Of a stretch of DNA of 64,000 nucleotides, positions 48,221 to 57,839 are shown in pieces; the stretch's first letter is position 1; each line of letters begins with the position of its first letter. This DNA comes from Candidatus Latescibacterota bacterium (lineage in GTDB: Bacteria > Latescibacterota > UBA2968 > UBA8231): positions 3,200,001-3,264,000 of the forward strand of contig OZ242005.1 of assembly GCA_965204725.1 (NCBI GenBank). The letters run 5' to 3'. Both the position numbers and the translations under genes were made by a program. Under the pieces are notes generated by a model. The model did no database searches. It worked only from the letters and a program-made list of their open reading frames with translations, and was not told the origin of the DNA.

Positions 48221-50614
48221 ATGCCCATAAGCCACCAGCGCTTGGTCCGCTACATCTACCACCACTACATCGGCATAATCGCGCTGGCCACAGTGCTGTC
48301 GGTATTTGCCGGGTTTTTCGCCGCCAAGCTGGCCGCCAACATCAAGACCGACTTCGCCGACCTCCTGTCCGACGAGTACGTCAGCGTTAGCGAACTCAAC
48401 CGCATCAAGGCCCGCATCGGCGGCATCGGCCCGCTGATGGTCGTCATTACCAGCGCCGACTTGGGCGCGGCCGTTTCCTTCATGCAGGTCTTGGCCGATT
48501 CGCTCGAACACAGCCCGCTCGTCAGCTCGGTCAGCCGCTTTGACAGCAAAAAGGAGCTCCTCGAAAAAAACCGGCTCCTCTACATGGACTTAGCGGACCT
48601 GCAAGAAATCAACCGCCGCCTCGACGAGCACATAGACCTGCAAAAGCTCAAGCAGTCGCCGCTCTACTTCGCCTTTGACGACGAAGAAGAACAGGGGCTC
48701 GATTTTTCGGATATCGAGGCCAAGTACCAGCAGGATGGCGCGGCGGACGCGGTCGCAGAGCAATATCGCCGGTACGTCCTCACGCGCGAGGGCAACGGCG
48801 TTATCCTGCGGCTCTATCCGGCCGGGCTGACCACGGATGTTGTCTTCTCCCAAGCCCTGATCGACCATCTCGACCAGACCATTGCCGCCATTGGCCCGGA
48901 GCGCTTCCACCCCAGCATCGAATGCGTGTACAAGGGCAGTTTCCAAAATAGCGCCAACCAGTTCACGATCATTGTGCGCGACCTCAAGTCAACGGCCTTG
49001 TACAGCATCGTCGGCGTGCTCCTGCTCATCACGCTATTCTTCCGCCAAGTAGTTGGCTCGCTCTTCATCACCTTGCCGTTGCTGATGAGCCTGACTTGGA
49101 CTTTTGGCGTCACCTACTTGGCCATCGGTAGCCTCAACATGATCACCGTGGGGCTTTTCGCCATCCTCTTTGGGCTGGGCATCGACTTTGGCATTCACAT
49201 TTTTGCCCGCTACCGAGAGGCCCGCCGCCGCGGCATGGACCTCGAACAGGCCCTGACCGTGACCGTCCGCCACACGGGCAAGGCCCTGACGACGACGGCA
49301 CTTACTACCTCGGTCGCCTTCTATTCGCTGCTGTTGACGGATTTTAAGGGGTTCTCGGAGTTTGGCTTTATCGTGGGCACCGGCATCCTGTTCTCGCTGG
49401 TGGCCATGGTGGCGATATGCCCGGCCTTCATCGTCCTCGCCGAGCGCCTGCGCTGGATCATCCCGATCCGCAAGCGAAGCGTCCTGTGGCGCACTGGTCG
49501 CTATCCAAAGCCTTGGATCACCTTGCTGATGGGTGCCGCGATCACTGGGTACTCGCTGTACTACTTTGGCGATTTGGAATTTGAATACGATTTCAGCAAG
49601 CTCAAGCCCAAGCCGCTGCCTACCATCAACAAGGGCAGCCTGCCCCAGAGCCTCAAGGAAGGCCGCTCGCCGGCCATCGTCTTGACCGAAAGCTACGACG
49701 AGGCCATGGAGGTGGTGCGCACGGTCGAGCGCATCAAGGCCGCCCACGGGGACTCCTCCACGGTCCTCAACGTCAAGAGCGTGTACTCCGCGCTGCCGCA
49801 AGCCCAAGACGACAAGCTGGCGCTCATCGCCGACATGCGCGCCGTGCTCGACCGGGAAGAGGGTCTGTTCAGCGAGAGCGAGCGGGCCAAACTCGATTCG
49901 CTGCGCCCGTACCTCGACGTGGAGAAGCTAACGCTCTACGACCTGCCCGCAGACTTGACCAACGAGTTCAAGGACAAGGACGGCCGCATTCTCAACTTCG
50001 TGGCGATCAACGCCGCGGTCGAGCTCAAAGACGGGAAAGACGCCATCCGCTTTGCCGAGGAAATCAGCCGCATCGAAACGCCGACGGGCACGACCTATAT
50101 CGCCTCTAGCTCGCACATCATCGTCGCCGAAATGCTCAAGGTCATGCTCAAAGACAGTTCCCTCGCCGTGATCCTCACGCTCGCGGTCGTCGCGGTGGTG
50201 CTGCTCATCGACCTGCGGAGTTTGGTCGATGCCCTGCTGGTGCTCACGCCGCTTTTGAACGCCTTGGTGTGGGTCGTGGGCTTCATGTACGTGTTTGACA
50301 TCAAGCTCAATCTCTACAACATGGTGGCCTTTCCGACCATTATCGGCATGGGCATTGACAACGGCGTCCACATCTTCCACCGCTATCAAGAAGTCGGCCG
50401 CGGCTCGCTGCGCTTGGTGTTGCGCACAACCGGAGTCGCGCTGTTGGCTACGTCGCTGACGACGATGGTCGGCTTCTCGGGGCTGGTGCCGGCCATCCAT
50501 CCGGCCCTCACGTCGATTGGCGTGCTCTCGCTGGTGGGCTTGGGGTCTTGTTTTATCACCTCCGTCACCCTGCTGCCGGCCCTGTTGCAAGTCCGCGAGC
50601 ACCGCGCTTCCTGA
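48221..50614 (+). CDS. MMPL/HpnN-like RND transporter
   Basis: Two repeats of 1+5 TM; GLGIDFGIH and GMGIDNGVH motifs. Confidence 0.9.
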   Translation: MPISHQRLVRYIYHHYIGIIALATVLSVFAGFFAAKLAANIKTDFADLLSDEYVSVSELNRIKARIGGIGPLMVVITSADLGAAVSFMQVLADSLEHSPLVSSVSRFDSKKELLEKNRLLYMDLADLQEINRRLDEHIDLQKLKQSPLYFAFDDEEEQGLDFSDIEAKYQQDGAADAVAEQYRRYVLTREGNGVILRLYPAGLTTDVVFSQALIDHLDQTIAAIGPERFHPSIECVYKGSFQNSANQFTIIVRDLKSTALYSIVGVLLLITLFFRQVVGSLFITLPLLMSLTWTFGVTYLAIGSLNMITVGLFAILFGLGIDFGIHIFARYREARRRGMDLEQALTVTVRHTGKALTTTALTTSVAFYSLLLTDFKGFSEFGFIVGTGILFSLVAMVAICPAFIVLAERLRWIIPIRKRSVLWRTGRYPKPWITLLMGAAITGYSLYYFGDLEFEYDFSKLKPKPLPTINKGSLPQSLKEGRSPAIVLTESYDEAMEVVRTVERIKAAHGDSSTVLNVKSVYSALPQAQDDKLALIADMRAVLDREEGLFSESERAKLDSLRPYLDVEKLTLYDLPADLTNEFKDKDGRILNFVAINAAVELKDGKDAIRFAEEISRIETPTGTTYIASSSHIIVAEMLKVMLKDSSLAVILTLAVVAVVLLIDLRSLVDALLVLTPLLNALVWVVGFMYVFDIKLNLYNMVAFPTIIGMGIDNGVHIFHRYQEVGRGSLRLVLRTTGVALLATSLTTMVGFSGLVPAIHPALTSIGVLSLVGLGSCFITSVTLLPALLQVREHRAS

Positions 50615-50615
50615 C

Positions 50616-50639
50616 GACAGTCACCCCGTGCCCTGACAC
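50616..50639 (+). repeat. Left inverted repeat (partial REP) abutting the rpn stop
   Basis: GACAGTCACCCCGTGCCCTGACAC, compared with the reverse complement of 51719-51741, GACCGTCCCCCGTGCCCCGACAC. Confidence 0.75.
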
Positions 50640-50929
50640 TACTCGGCTTGGTCTAACAGGCGTCTAAAGGCGTCAAGGCTGGGCACCTGTACGGCCGCCC
50701 GAAGCAACTGCTTGAGACGCGGCACATCGGCGGTTTCTCCAATGCGGACGGCCAACGGATCTGACGCAGCCAGCCCAAAGCGAATCTCTAGCACTTCGAG
50801 CAGAGCTTCAATGGCGCCTTCTCGGCCGCCTCGCTCAATGCCTTGCTCGATGCCCTGTTCAATCCCCTGCTTAATGCCCTGCTCAATGCCCTTTTCCGTG
50901 AAATACTGCACTACTGACGACTCGTACAT
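50639..50929 (-). CDS. Putative in-frame small product (RpnS-like, 96 aa)
   Basis: Internal SD GAGGAGGAG-ACC-ATG (EEETM) just before the GIEQ repeats. Confidence 0.6.
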   Translation of the reverse strand: MYESSVVQYFTEKGIEQGIKQGIEQGIEQGIERGGREGAIEALLEVLEIRFGLAASDPLAVRIGETADVPRLKQLLRAAVQVPSLDAFRRLLDQAE

Positions 50930-51562
50930 GGTCTCCTCCTCGATGATGGTCATAATCGTCTCTAAGTTATACACCAACCCACTTAACATCGCAAGATCGG
51001 CCAGATAGTTGGCTTTGCGGCTCTCGTCCATCGGCACCTGTTGCGCCCGATTCACACACTGGCGCAACCAGCCCTCGGCATCTATGCCCACCGGCTGCTG
51101 CATCAGCGGCGCAAACGGCAGCAAGCCCGAAGGCCCCGCGGCGAGGATGCGTTGGCCGTCGATCTCGATCAGCCGGATGACCTTGTATTGGACTAAGACG
51201 CGGTAGCCGCGTCGCTCTTGGACATAGTGCCCCGGATCATTCCGGCCGGCGTCTGGACGGAGATAGATGACGTTGGAATAGATCGGCCGGCGATGTTGCT
51301 CGATGCCGCGTCCGATATAGCCGGCCATGCGGAGGGGCATGGGCGGGTTGCTGTCGGTGGTTTGGAATTCGTGGTGGATCAATGCCTTCTGGTCGCCAAT
51401 TTTGACGCGAATGAGGCTGTCGGTGCGGTGGGTTTCGACGGTGGTTTGCTCGGTATCGACGACGCCGAGGATTTGGATGTCGTCTTGTTGGAGGGCGAAG
51501 CGGGCGAAGTCGTGGGGGTAAGTGTGGATGAGGTGTTTGGCGATGGTGTCGAATTCGGCCAT
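50639..51562 (-). CDS. Rpn/YhgA-like PD-(D/E)XK nuclease
   Basis: FD..AK.L, RTDSL, HHEFQT, MPLRM..Y, GIEQ repeats, DUF4351-like tail (LEIRFG). Confidence 0.85.
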   Translation of the reverse strand: MAEFDTIAKHLIHTYPHDFARFALQQDDIQILGVVDTEQTTVETHRTDSLIRVKIGDQKALIHHEFQTTDSNPPMPLRMAGYIGRGIEQHRRPIYSNVIYLRPDAGRNDPGHYVQERRGYRVLVQYKVIRLIEIDGQRILAAGPSGLLPFAPLMQQPVGIDAEGWLRQCVNRAQQVPMDESRKANYLADLAMLSGLVYNLETIMTIIEEETMYESSVVQYFTEKGIEQGIKQGIEQGIEQGIERGGREGAIEALLEVLEIRFGLAASDPLAVRIGETADVPRLKQLLRAAVQVPSLDAFRRLLDQAE

Positions 51563-51702
51563 GGGTCCTGCCTTGGTTGCGGGTGGGGGTGGGGGTGGTA
51601 TGTGCAACAGGCAAGAATCGTGCCACGGCGGCGGCTCAGAGGGAAGGGGCGTGGATCGGCAACGTGGGCGTGTAGCGAAAAGGGGACAGGGGTGGGGCGT
51701 TG

Positions 51703-51741
51703 ACTGGATTCCCGGCCCGTGTCGGGGCACGGGGGACGGTC
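51703..51741 (-). repeat. Right inverted repeat; REP copy related to 6841-6894
   Basis: Reverse complement reads GACCGTCCCCCGTGCCCCGACACGGGCCGGGAATCCAGT. Confidence 0.8.
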
Positions 51742-53826
51742 TTGCGCGGCCTGACGATTGAGGCGGGCGAGATCAGCGGCACAACCACTGTGTCCGTAAC
51801 CCCCCTTGCGGGCGGCGACAAAAAGATCGGCCTGACCGCGCTGAAAAGCCCGGTCAAGAATGATGACGACGAGGACGTCACGGTCACCACGACCGTCGTC
51901 ACCCTGAAAGACGGGGACCCGGCAGCGGCTCCAGCGGGTCTTGCTTTCGACGAGGACATCGATGTCGTCTCCACCGTGTTTGAATACGTCGTCGGCACGA
52001 CCATCGAGCCTTATGTCCTGCCCGCGGCCACCCGCGGCATTGGCGACAAGACCTACAGCGTGTCCGCCACCCTGCCCGCCGGTCTGGTGTTCGACGCGGA
52101 GACGCGCACCCTGTCGGGCACGCCGCTGACAGCGGGCGACGCCACCGTCGTGTACACGGTCATCGACAGTGCCCCGGACGAAGTCAACACCGCCGTCCTC
52201 AGCCTGACCTTTGAGATCGGTACGGCCCCGCCCGCCACCGTGCGCGTCGCCAGCATCACCTCGACCCATTCCTCAATACGCGAGAACGGCGAGACGACCT
52301 CCATCCTCCTAACGGCAACGTTGGCCGCTCCTTCAGCCAAAGCCGAGACCATCCTCTTCACGATTGCCGCTCCCAGCACGGGGACGCCAGCCGTGCGCGA
52401 CGCCGATTACACCGCCGTCATCGGCGGCTCCGTCGTCATCGCCGAGGGCGAAACACAGGGTCGGACGCTGCTAACCCTCACCCCCCTCGACAACGAGGAG
52501 GTCGATGGCAACAAGTACTTAGGCGCGCAAGCCTCCGCCTCCGGCGGCTCCGCCCAAACCGACATCAAAATCGCCGACGACGAGACGCCCAGTACGGCCC
52601 TGCCGCTGGAGGTAACGCCGCACACCCTCAGCGAGGACGCTGGCGTGACGCAACTGACCGTCACCGCCATGCTCGACGGCAAAGCCCTCGACGCCGCTTC
52701 GACCGTAACCCTTTCCATTGACCCAGAATCGGCTGCCACCCGCGATTTAGACTATTCCGCGTTGTACAACCCCTCGCTAGTCATCCCGGCCGGTTCCACC
52801 TCCGGTTCCCTCACGTTCCTGCTCGACCCAACGGCTGACAACGAGGACGAAGGCAACGAGACGATCACCCTAATCGGCACTGCTGAGGGCCTAACGAGTG
52901 CCTCCGCCCACATCACGCTCGCCGACGCTGGCGTTGAGCCCCCGCTTCCCCCGGAAGCCACCCCTCTCGCCTTCGCCGACGGCACTGCGGTCGAGGACCA
53001 AGAGTACACCGCCGGTACGGAGATCAGCGCTATGGAACTCCCAGCGGCAGTTGGCGGTGTCGGCGATATAGCCTATAGCGTCTCCGACCTGCCTTCCGGC
53101 CTGTCCTTTGACGCTGCCACCCGCACCCTTTCCGGCATCCCCGACGCCGCCACCGACGAACCTGTCGAAATCACGTACACCGCCGCCGACGGCACCGGCG
53201 CCACCGCCTCGTTGACCTTCTCCATCACAGTCAACGCCACCCTAACCTTCGACCTCGTATTCTTCGGCGCCGGCAAGCTAGTCCCAACCGCTTCCGACGA
53301 CGGTGCTTCCATCCCCGAGTTCATCTCCGGCCAGCCGGTCAATGCCTTCTCGCTGCCTTCAGCCACCGGCGGGACCGATCCGCTGACCTACACCCTTTCA
53401 CCAGAGTTACCGGCGGGCCTGTCGTTTGACGCTGCCACCCGGACGATTTCCGGTACGCCGCAAGCCGAAGGCTCCCCCCTCTACATCTACACAGTGACGG
53501 ACGCCCTCGGCACGAGCGTAGCGATGCAACTTCAGACGCGCCCAGCCGCGTTTTCGCTGGCGAGCAACTATCCGAACCCCTTCAACCCGGCGACGACGAT
53601 CCAATACGCGCTGCCGCAAGCGGCAGACGTGCAGTTGACTGTCTATAATGTCGTCGGTCAGGTCGTGCGGACGTTGGTGGCTGAGCATCAGAGTGCCGGA
53701 CGCTATCTAGTGGCGTGGGACGCGACTGATGACAGCGGCCACAGCTTATCGGCGGGAATTTACTTCTACCGATTGCAGGCGGGCGGCGAGTTCCACGCGG
53801 TCAAAAAGATGCTGTTGCTCAAGTAA
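51739..53826 (+). pseudogene. 5'-truncated large surface protein: He_PIG/Calx-beta-like Ig repeats + FlgD-Ig/T9SS-A-like sorting domain
   Basis: LP.GL.FDA.TRT.SG.P three times; NYPNPFNP...GIYFYRL..KKMLLLK; no signal peptide or SD; the ORF begins mid-domain at the REP boundary. Confidence 0.7.
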
Positions 53827-53856
53827 GCAAGCATCCACCGCGAGTTAGTGAAATGA

Positions 53857-53877
53857 GGCCTCTCTAAGACAGAGGCC
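53857..53877. terminator. Hairpin between convergent genes
   Basis: GGCCTCT-CTAAGAC-AGAGGCC; no clear U-tract. Confidence 0.35.
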
Positions 53878-53938
53878 CCAAATCGTTATCGGTTCCTGTC
53901 TGGTCTAACAGAGGATAACCACAGGGTAAACGACGTAT

Positions 53939-54412
53939 TCAGGGTTTAGAGATAGACTCGAGACAGTCAATCAACTCTTGAGGGGCTCCGAATTTTCTAG
54001 CAATCATCAGAGCCATCTCGCCAGCGTCATTTTTGACCGTTACATCGGCTAGCTTACCGGAAATACAGATACTAAGCGGATCTCTGCCGACCAAGAAACA
54101 CACAATATCAGTAGCACCTTTCTGGGCGGCCATCATCAGGGGAGTCCAGCCAGCCAGACCTTTTCGATTTACATCGGCACCCCTACAGCTTGCTAATAGA
54201 GAAACCATAGGTAAAAAACCGATATGGGCAGCTTTCATCAAAGCGGTAAAGCCCTCGCTGTTTGGAGCGTTGACGTCTATTCCGGCCTCAATAAATAGAC
54301 GCACAACATCTTCATTGTGTTTTTCTACGCACTTAACGAAACAATCCGATGAAAACGGAATCCCCCTTTTCTGTAGCTCGAGGCGGGCCGCTTGCTGATT
54401 TGATGCATTCAT
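53939..54412 (-). CDS. Ankyrin repeat protein (157 aa)
   Basis: GIDVNA...GFTALMKAA, GADVN...GWTPLMMAA, GEMALMIA; SD AAGGAG; visibly lower GC than its neighbours. Confidence 0.88.
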   Translation of the reverse strand: MNASNQQAARLELQKRGIPFSSDCFVKCVEKHNEDVVRLFIEAGIDVNAPNSEGFTALMKAAHIGFLPMVSLLASCRGADVNRKGLAGWTPLMMAAQKGATDIVCFLVGRDPLSICISGKLADVTVKNDAGEMALMIARKFGAPQELIDCLESISKP

Positions 54413-54531
54413 CTGCTCAACTCCTTGCGTTGAATGTTGAATTAAACACAAGGCCGATCCGCGCCAACGGACCGGCCTTTTCCCCAGAGGGCCTTTCGCT
54501 ATATTTTGATAAGCATTGATGGGCAAAAAAA

Positions 54532-54607
54532 TGGAGCGAGAGACGGGACTCGAACCCGCGACAACCACGTTGGCAACGTGGAGCTCTACCAACTGAGCTA
54601 CTCTCGC
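54532..54607 (-). tRNA. tRNA-Gly(GCC)
   Basis: GCGAGAG acceptor stem, D arm AGCTCAGTTGGTAGAGC, anticodon arm CCACG-TTGCCAA-CGTGG, GGTTCGAGTCC, CCA end; 76 nt. Confidence 0.97.
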
Positions 54608-54641
54608 TCGAAACTCGAAAACTACTCGCTATGGGAGGAAA

Positions 54642-54670
54642 AATATAACGATGCCCCGAATAAGCGTCAA
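54642..54670 (-). promoter_or_regulatory. Sigma70-type promoter of tRNA-Gly
   Basis: Minus strand TTGACG, 17 bp spacer, TATATT. Confidence 0.75.
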
Positions 54671-57600
54671 GGTGCGCCAAGCCCTATTGCCTTGCGTCGC
54701 GGCCCTCTGGGGAGTGGCCTGTGAGCAGGGGCCGCCCGAGGAGCCGCCAGCTTGGCCCCCCAAAGCGCGCTGGCACAACAATCAGGGCGTGGTCTATATG
54801 GATCAACACAACTACACGCGCGGTCGGGAGGAGTTTGACCGCTCCCTCGCCTTGGCCCCGGACTACGCTCGGGCGCGGGCCAATTTAGGCATTGCGTACT
54901 ACGCGCTCGGCAAGTACGACAGCGCCGCCACGGCCCTGCAAACCGCCCTCGCCACCGACCCCGAGCTCCTCCACGCCAACTACGCGCTGGGCCTGATTTA
55001 CAACGCCCAAGGCCGGGAGCACGACAAAGCGCTGGCCGCCTTGCAAAAGGTCGCGGCCGCCGACCGCGACGACCCCCACGTGCGCTACTACATGGGGCAG
55101 ATGCGGGCCAAGCTAAACGAGGGCGAGGCCGCCATCGCCGACTTTGAGGAGGCCATCCGCCTCGATCCCTACAATGTGTCGGCGTACTATGGGCTGGCCA
55201 ATGTGTACCGCCGGCTCGGGCGCGACGAGGAGTGGAAAAGCACCTTGGAGCACTTCAACCAGCTCAGCCAAGCCGGTCACCAAGGCGTTTCTTCGTCCTA
55301 TCAGGGGCAGGGCAAATACGCCGAGGCCGTTGCCGACGCCAGCGGCGGCGATCCGAGTAAGGACGACGTGGCCGGGCCGTTCGCATTTGCCGCGGCTGGC
55401 CCGGCGGCTGGTCCGGTGCGCTTTGCCGCTCTGGGCGACTTTGACGCGGATGGCCGGCCGGATGTCTTGGCCGGGGCCGATGGCTTGCACCTGTACGCCA
55501 GCGACCCGGCGGCCGTGCTCACCGCTCCGGCCGTGCCCGATGGCTTTGCTCCGACGGGCGCGATTGCCGGCGACCTCGACAACGACGGGACCACCGACTT
55601 GGTCCTCAGCGGCGCGGGCGGAACCCTCCTCTACCGAGCGGTCGACGGCCAATGGGCGGCCGGCGAAGACCTGTCGGTCGCCTCGGCCCGGGTCGCGCTA
55701 GGGGATGCCGATCACGACGGCGATCTCGACCTGCTGGTGCTCGGCCCGCGCGTCTCGCTGCTGGCCAATGACGGAAAGGCCCAGTTCGCCGCGACCGGCC
55801 AACCGGCCGGCGGGGTCGCGGCCGACCGCGCTGCATTTTCCGACCTCGACAACGACCGCGACGTGGATGTGGTCCTCCTCGCGGCCGAGGGCCTGCAAGT
55901 CCACACCAACAATCGCGACGGCACGTTCTCGGAAATAGCCGGTGCCTTGGGCTTGGGTGCGGTGCAGGGCGCGGGCTTGGCCGTGGAGGACTTCAACCAA
56001 GACGGCTATATGGATTTGGCCATCGCGGCTGGCGACGTCGTTGAGACGCACACCAACCAAGCCGGCCGCGCCTTCGTCCGGGCCGAGACGGCGGTTGCGT
56101 CCGGCGGGCAGGCGTTGCTTGCCGCCGATTTCGACAACGATGGCGACCTCGACCTGCTCGCCGGCGCGCCCGAGCGGCTGCAACCGCTCGCCTACAGCGG
56201 AGGCCAGTTTCAGCCGCAATCCCCGCTCGACGAGCCGGGTGGCGGCGCGCTCGTGGCCGATTTTAACGGCGATGGCCGGGTGGATATTTGGGCGGGTGGC
56301 CGGGTGCTGCACAACCAAAGCGAGGGAGGGCATTGGATCGAAATTGCCGCCGCCGGCCTCAACAGCAATCGCGACGGCGTGGGGGCCAAGGTGGAGGTCA
56401 AAACCACGCACCGCCTCCAGAAGCGCGAGATTCGCAGCGAAGGGTACGCCGGCGTCCTCCACTTCGGCTTGGCGCAGAGCGACTCGGTCGAATTTATTCG
56501 CATCCTCTGGCCCGGGGGCGTGCGCCAGACCGAATTGGCCACCGCCGCCGGACAGCGGCTGGCCCTGACCGAGCTCGACCGCAAGGGCACCTCGTGCCCC
56601 ATTCTCTACGCTTGGGACGGCGAGCGTTATCGCTTTGTCACCGACATTCTCGGGGGGGCCATTATTGGCTACTTGACCGCCCCGGGCCAGTACTACCAGC
56701 CCGACACCGACGAGTGCGTGCGCTTGGGGCCGCTCGCGCCCAAAGACGGCCACTATGTCTTGCAGCTAGCCAATCAGCTAGAGGAAATCATTTACGTCGA
56801 TGCCCTCGAACTGGTGGCCGTCGATCATCCGCCCGAGTTCGACGTATATCCCAACGAGCGCCTGCTCTCCGCTCCGCCCTATCCAGAATTCAAGCTATAT
56901 CCCCTGCGGGCGTTGCGCCCGCCGGTGGCCGCCCGCGATCACCGGGGGGTAGATGTGTTGGCCGCCCTGCAAGCGATCGACGACGAGTGGTATGATGGAT
57001 TCGCTCGGCTCGATATACACGGCTATGCCGAAGCCCACGCGCTAGAGCTAAACTTGGGCGACCTGTCCGAATTCGCCCATCCGGTCTTGCTCGGCTACGG
57101 GTGGGTTGATTACGCGCATTCGACCGCCAATTGGAGCGCGGCGCAGCGCGGCTGGTCGCTGCAGCCGCCGCGCCTGTCCGTAGCCGATGGCAAGGGGGGG
57201 TGGGTCGAAGTCAGCGCGGATATGGGACGCCCGGCCGGCCTGCCCAAACACGCGCTCTTCGACTTGGCCGGCCTGTTCCCGTCCGACGACTACCGGCTGC
57301 GGATCGAAACCAATACCGCGCTCTATTGGGACCAACTTCTGGTGGGCGACGCAGCGGATGTGCCCCTCGCGGTCCACCGCATCCAGCCGGCGCGGAGCAA
57401 CCTCCACTGGCGCGGCTACCCGGCGCACACGGCTATCAAGGGGACCTTTGCCTTTCGCTATCACTACGATCAATTGGCGTTAGAAGCGCCTTGGGGCACC
57501 CACGCCGGGGCCTTCACGCGCTTAGGCCCGGTGGAGGAGCTGGTCGAGGACATTGACGACCGCTTCGTCATCATGTTCCACGGCGACGAGCTGACCGTTG

Positions 57601-57839
57601 AGTTTGCCGCCTTGCCGCCGCCCGCGCCCGGGCTGGTGCGCTCGTTCTTGCTGTACGCCGACGGCTTTGGCAAAGACATGGACCTGCACTCGGCGCACTC
57701 GCTAACGGTCGGGCCGCTCCCCTTTCACGGCATGTCCGGCTACCCGTACCCCGCGCACGAACACTACCCGCAGACGAGCGCCCACCTAGAGTACTTGCAG
57801 GAATACAACACGCGCAGGGTCAAAGGCTACTATGAATAA
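54651..57839 (+). CDS. Lipoprotein with TPRs, FG-GAP/VCBS repeats, ASPIC/UnbV domain and conserved C-terminal domain
   Basis: Lipobox GVAC; TPRs; many D.DNDG..DL repeats; NRDGVGAKV..LHFGL..WPGG; SCP.LYAWDG. Start may be GTG 54672. Confidence 0.85.
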   Translation: MPRISVKVRQALLPCVAALWGVACEQGPPEEPPAWPPKARWHNNQGVVYMDQHNYTRGREEFDRSLALAPDYARARANLGIAYYALGKYDSAATALQTALATDPELLHANYALGLIYNAQGREHDKALAALQKVAAADRDDPHVRYYMGQMRAKLNEGEAAIADFEEAIRLDPYNVSAYYGLANVYRRLGRDEEWKSTLEHFNQLSQAGHQGVSSSYQGQGKYAEAVADASGGDPSKDDVAGPFAFAAAGPAAGPVRFAALGDFDADGRPDVLAGADGLHLYASDPAAVLTAPAVPDGFAPTGAIAGDLDNDGTTDLVLSGAGGTLLYRAVDGQWAAGEDLSVASARVALGDADHDGDLDLLVLGPRVSLLANDGKAQFAATGQPAGGVAADRAAFSDLDNDRDVDVVLLAAEGLQVHTNNRDGTFSEIAGALGLGAVQGAGLAVEDFNQDGYMDLAIAAGDVVETHTNQAGRAFVRAETAVASGGQALLAADFDNDGDLDLLAGAPERLQPLAYSGGQFQPQSPLDEPGGGALVADFNGDGRVDIWAGGRVLHNQSEGGHWIEIAAAGLNSNRDGVGAKVEVKTTHRLQKREIRSEGYAGVLHFGLAQSDSVEFIRILWPGGVRQTELATAAGQRLALTELDRKGTSCPILYAWDGERYRFVTDILGGAIIGYLTAPGQYYQPDTDECVRLGPLAPKDGHYVLQLANQLEEIIYVDALELVAVDHPPEFDVYPNERLLSAPPYPEFKLYPLRALRPPVAARDHRGVDVLAALQAIDDEWYDGFARLDIHGYAEAHALELNLGDLSEFAHPVLLGYGWVDYAHSTANWSAAQRGWSLQPPRLSVADGKGGWVEVSADMGRPAGLPKHALFDLAGLFPSDDYRLRIETNTALYWDQLLVGDAADVPLAVHRIQPARSNLHWRGYPAHTAIKGTFAFRYHYDQLALEAPWGTHAGAFTRLGPVEELVEDIDDRFVIMFHGDELTVEFAALPPPAPGLVRSFLLYADGFGKDMDLHSAHSLTVGPLPFHGMSGYPYPAHEHYPQTSAHLEYLQEYNTRRVKGYYE

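Noticed and set aside
51581-51700. G-rich tracts upstream of rpn (possible G-quadruplex)
   Set aside because: Only three good G-runs per cluster and no supporting evidence of function.
54413-54592. Extended N-terminus of the ankyrin ORF
   Set aside because: It overlaps tRNA-Gly; the SD supports a start at 54412.
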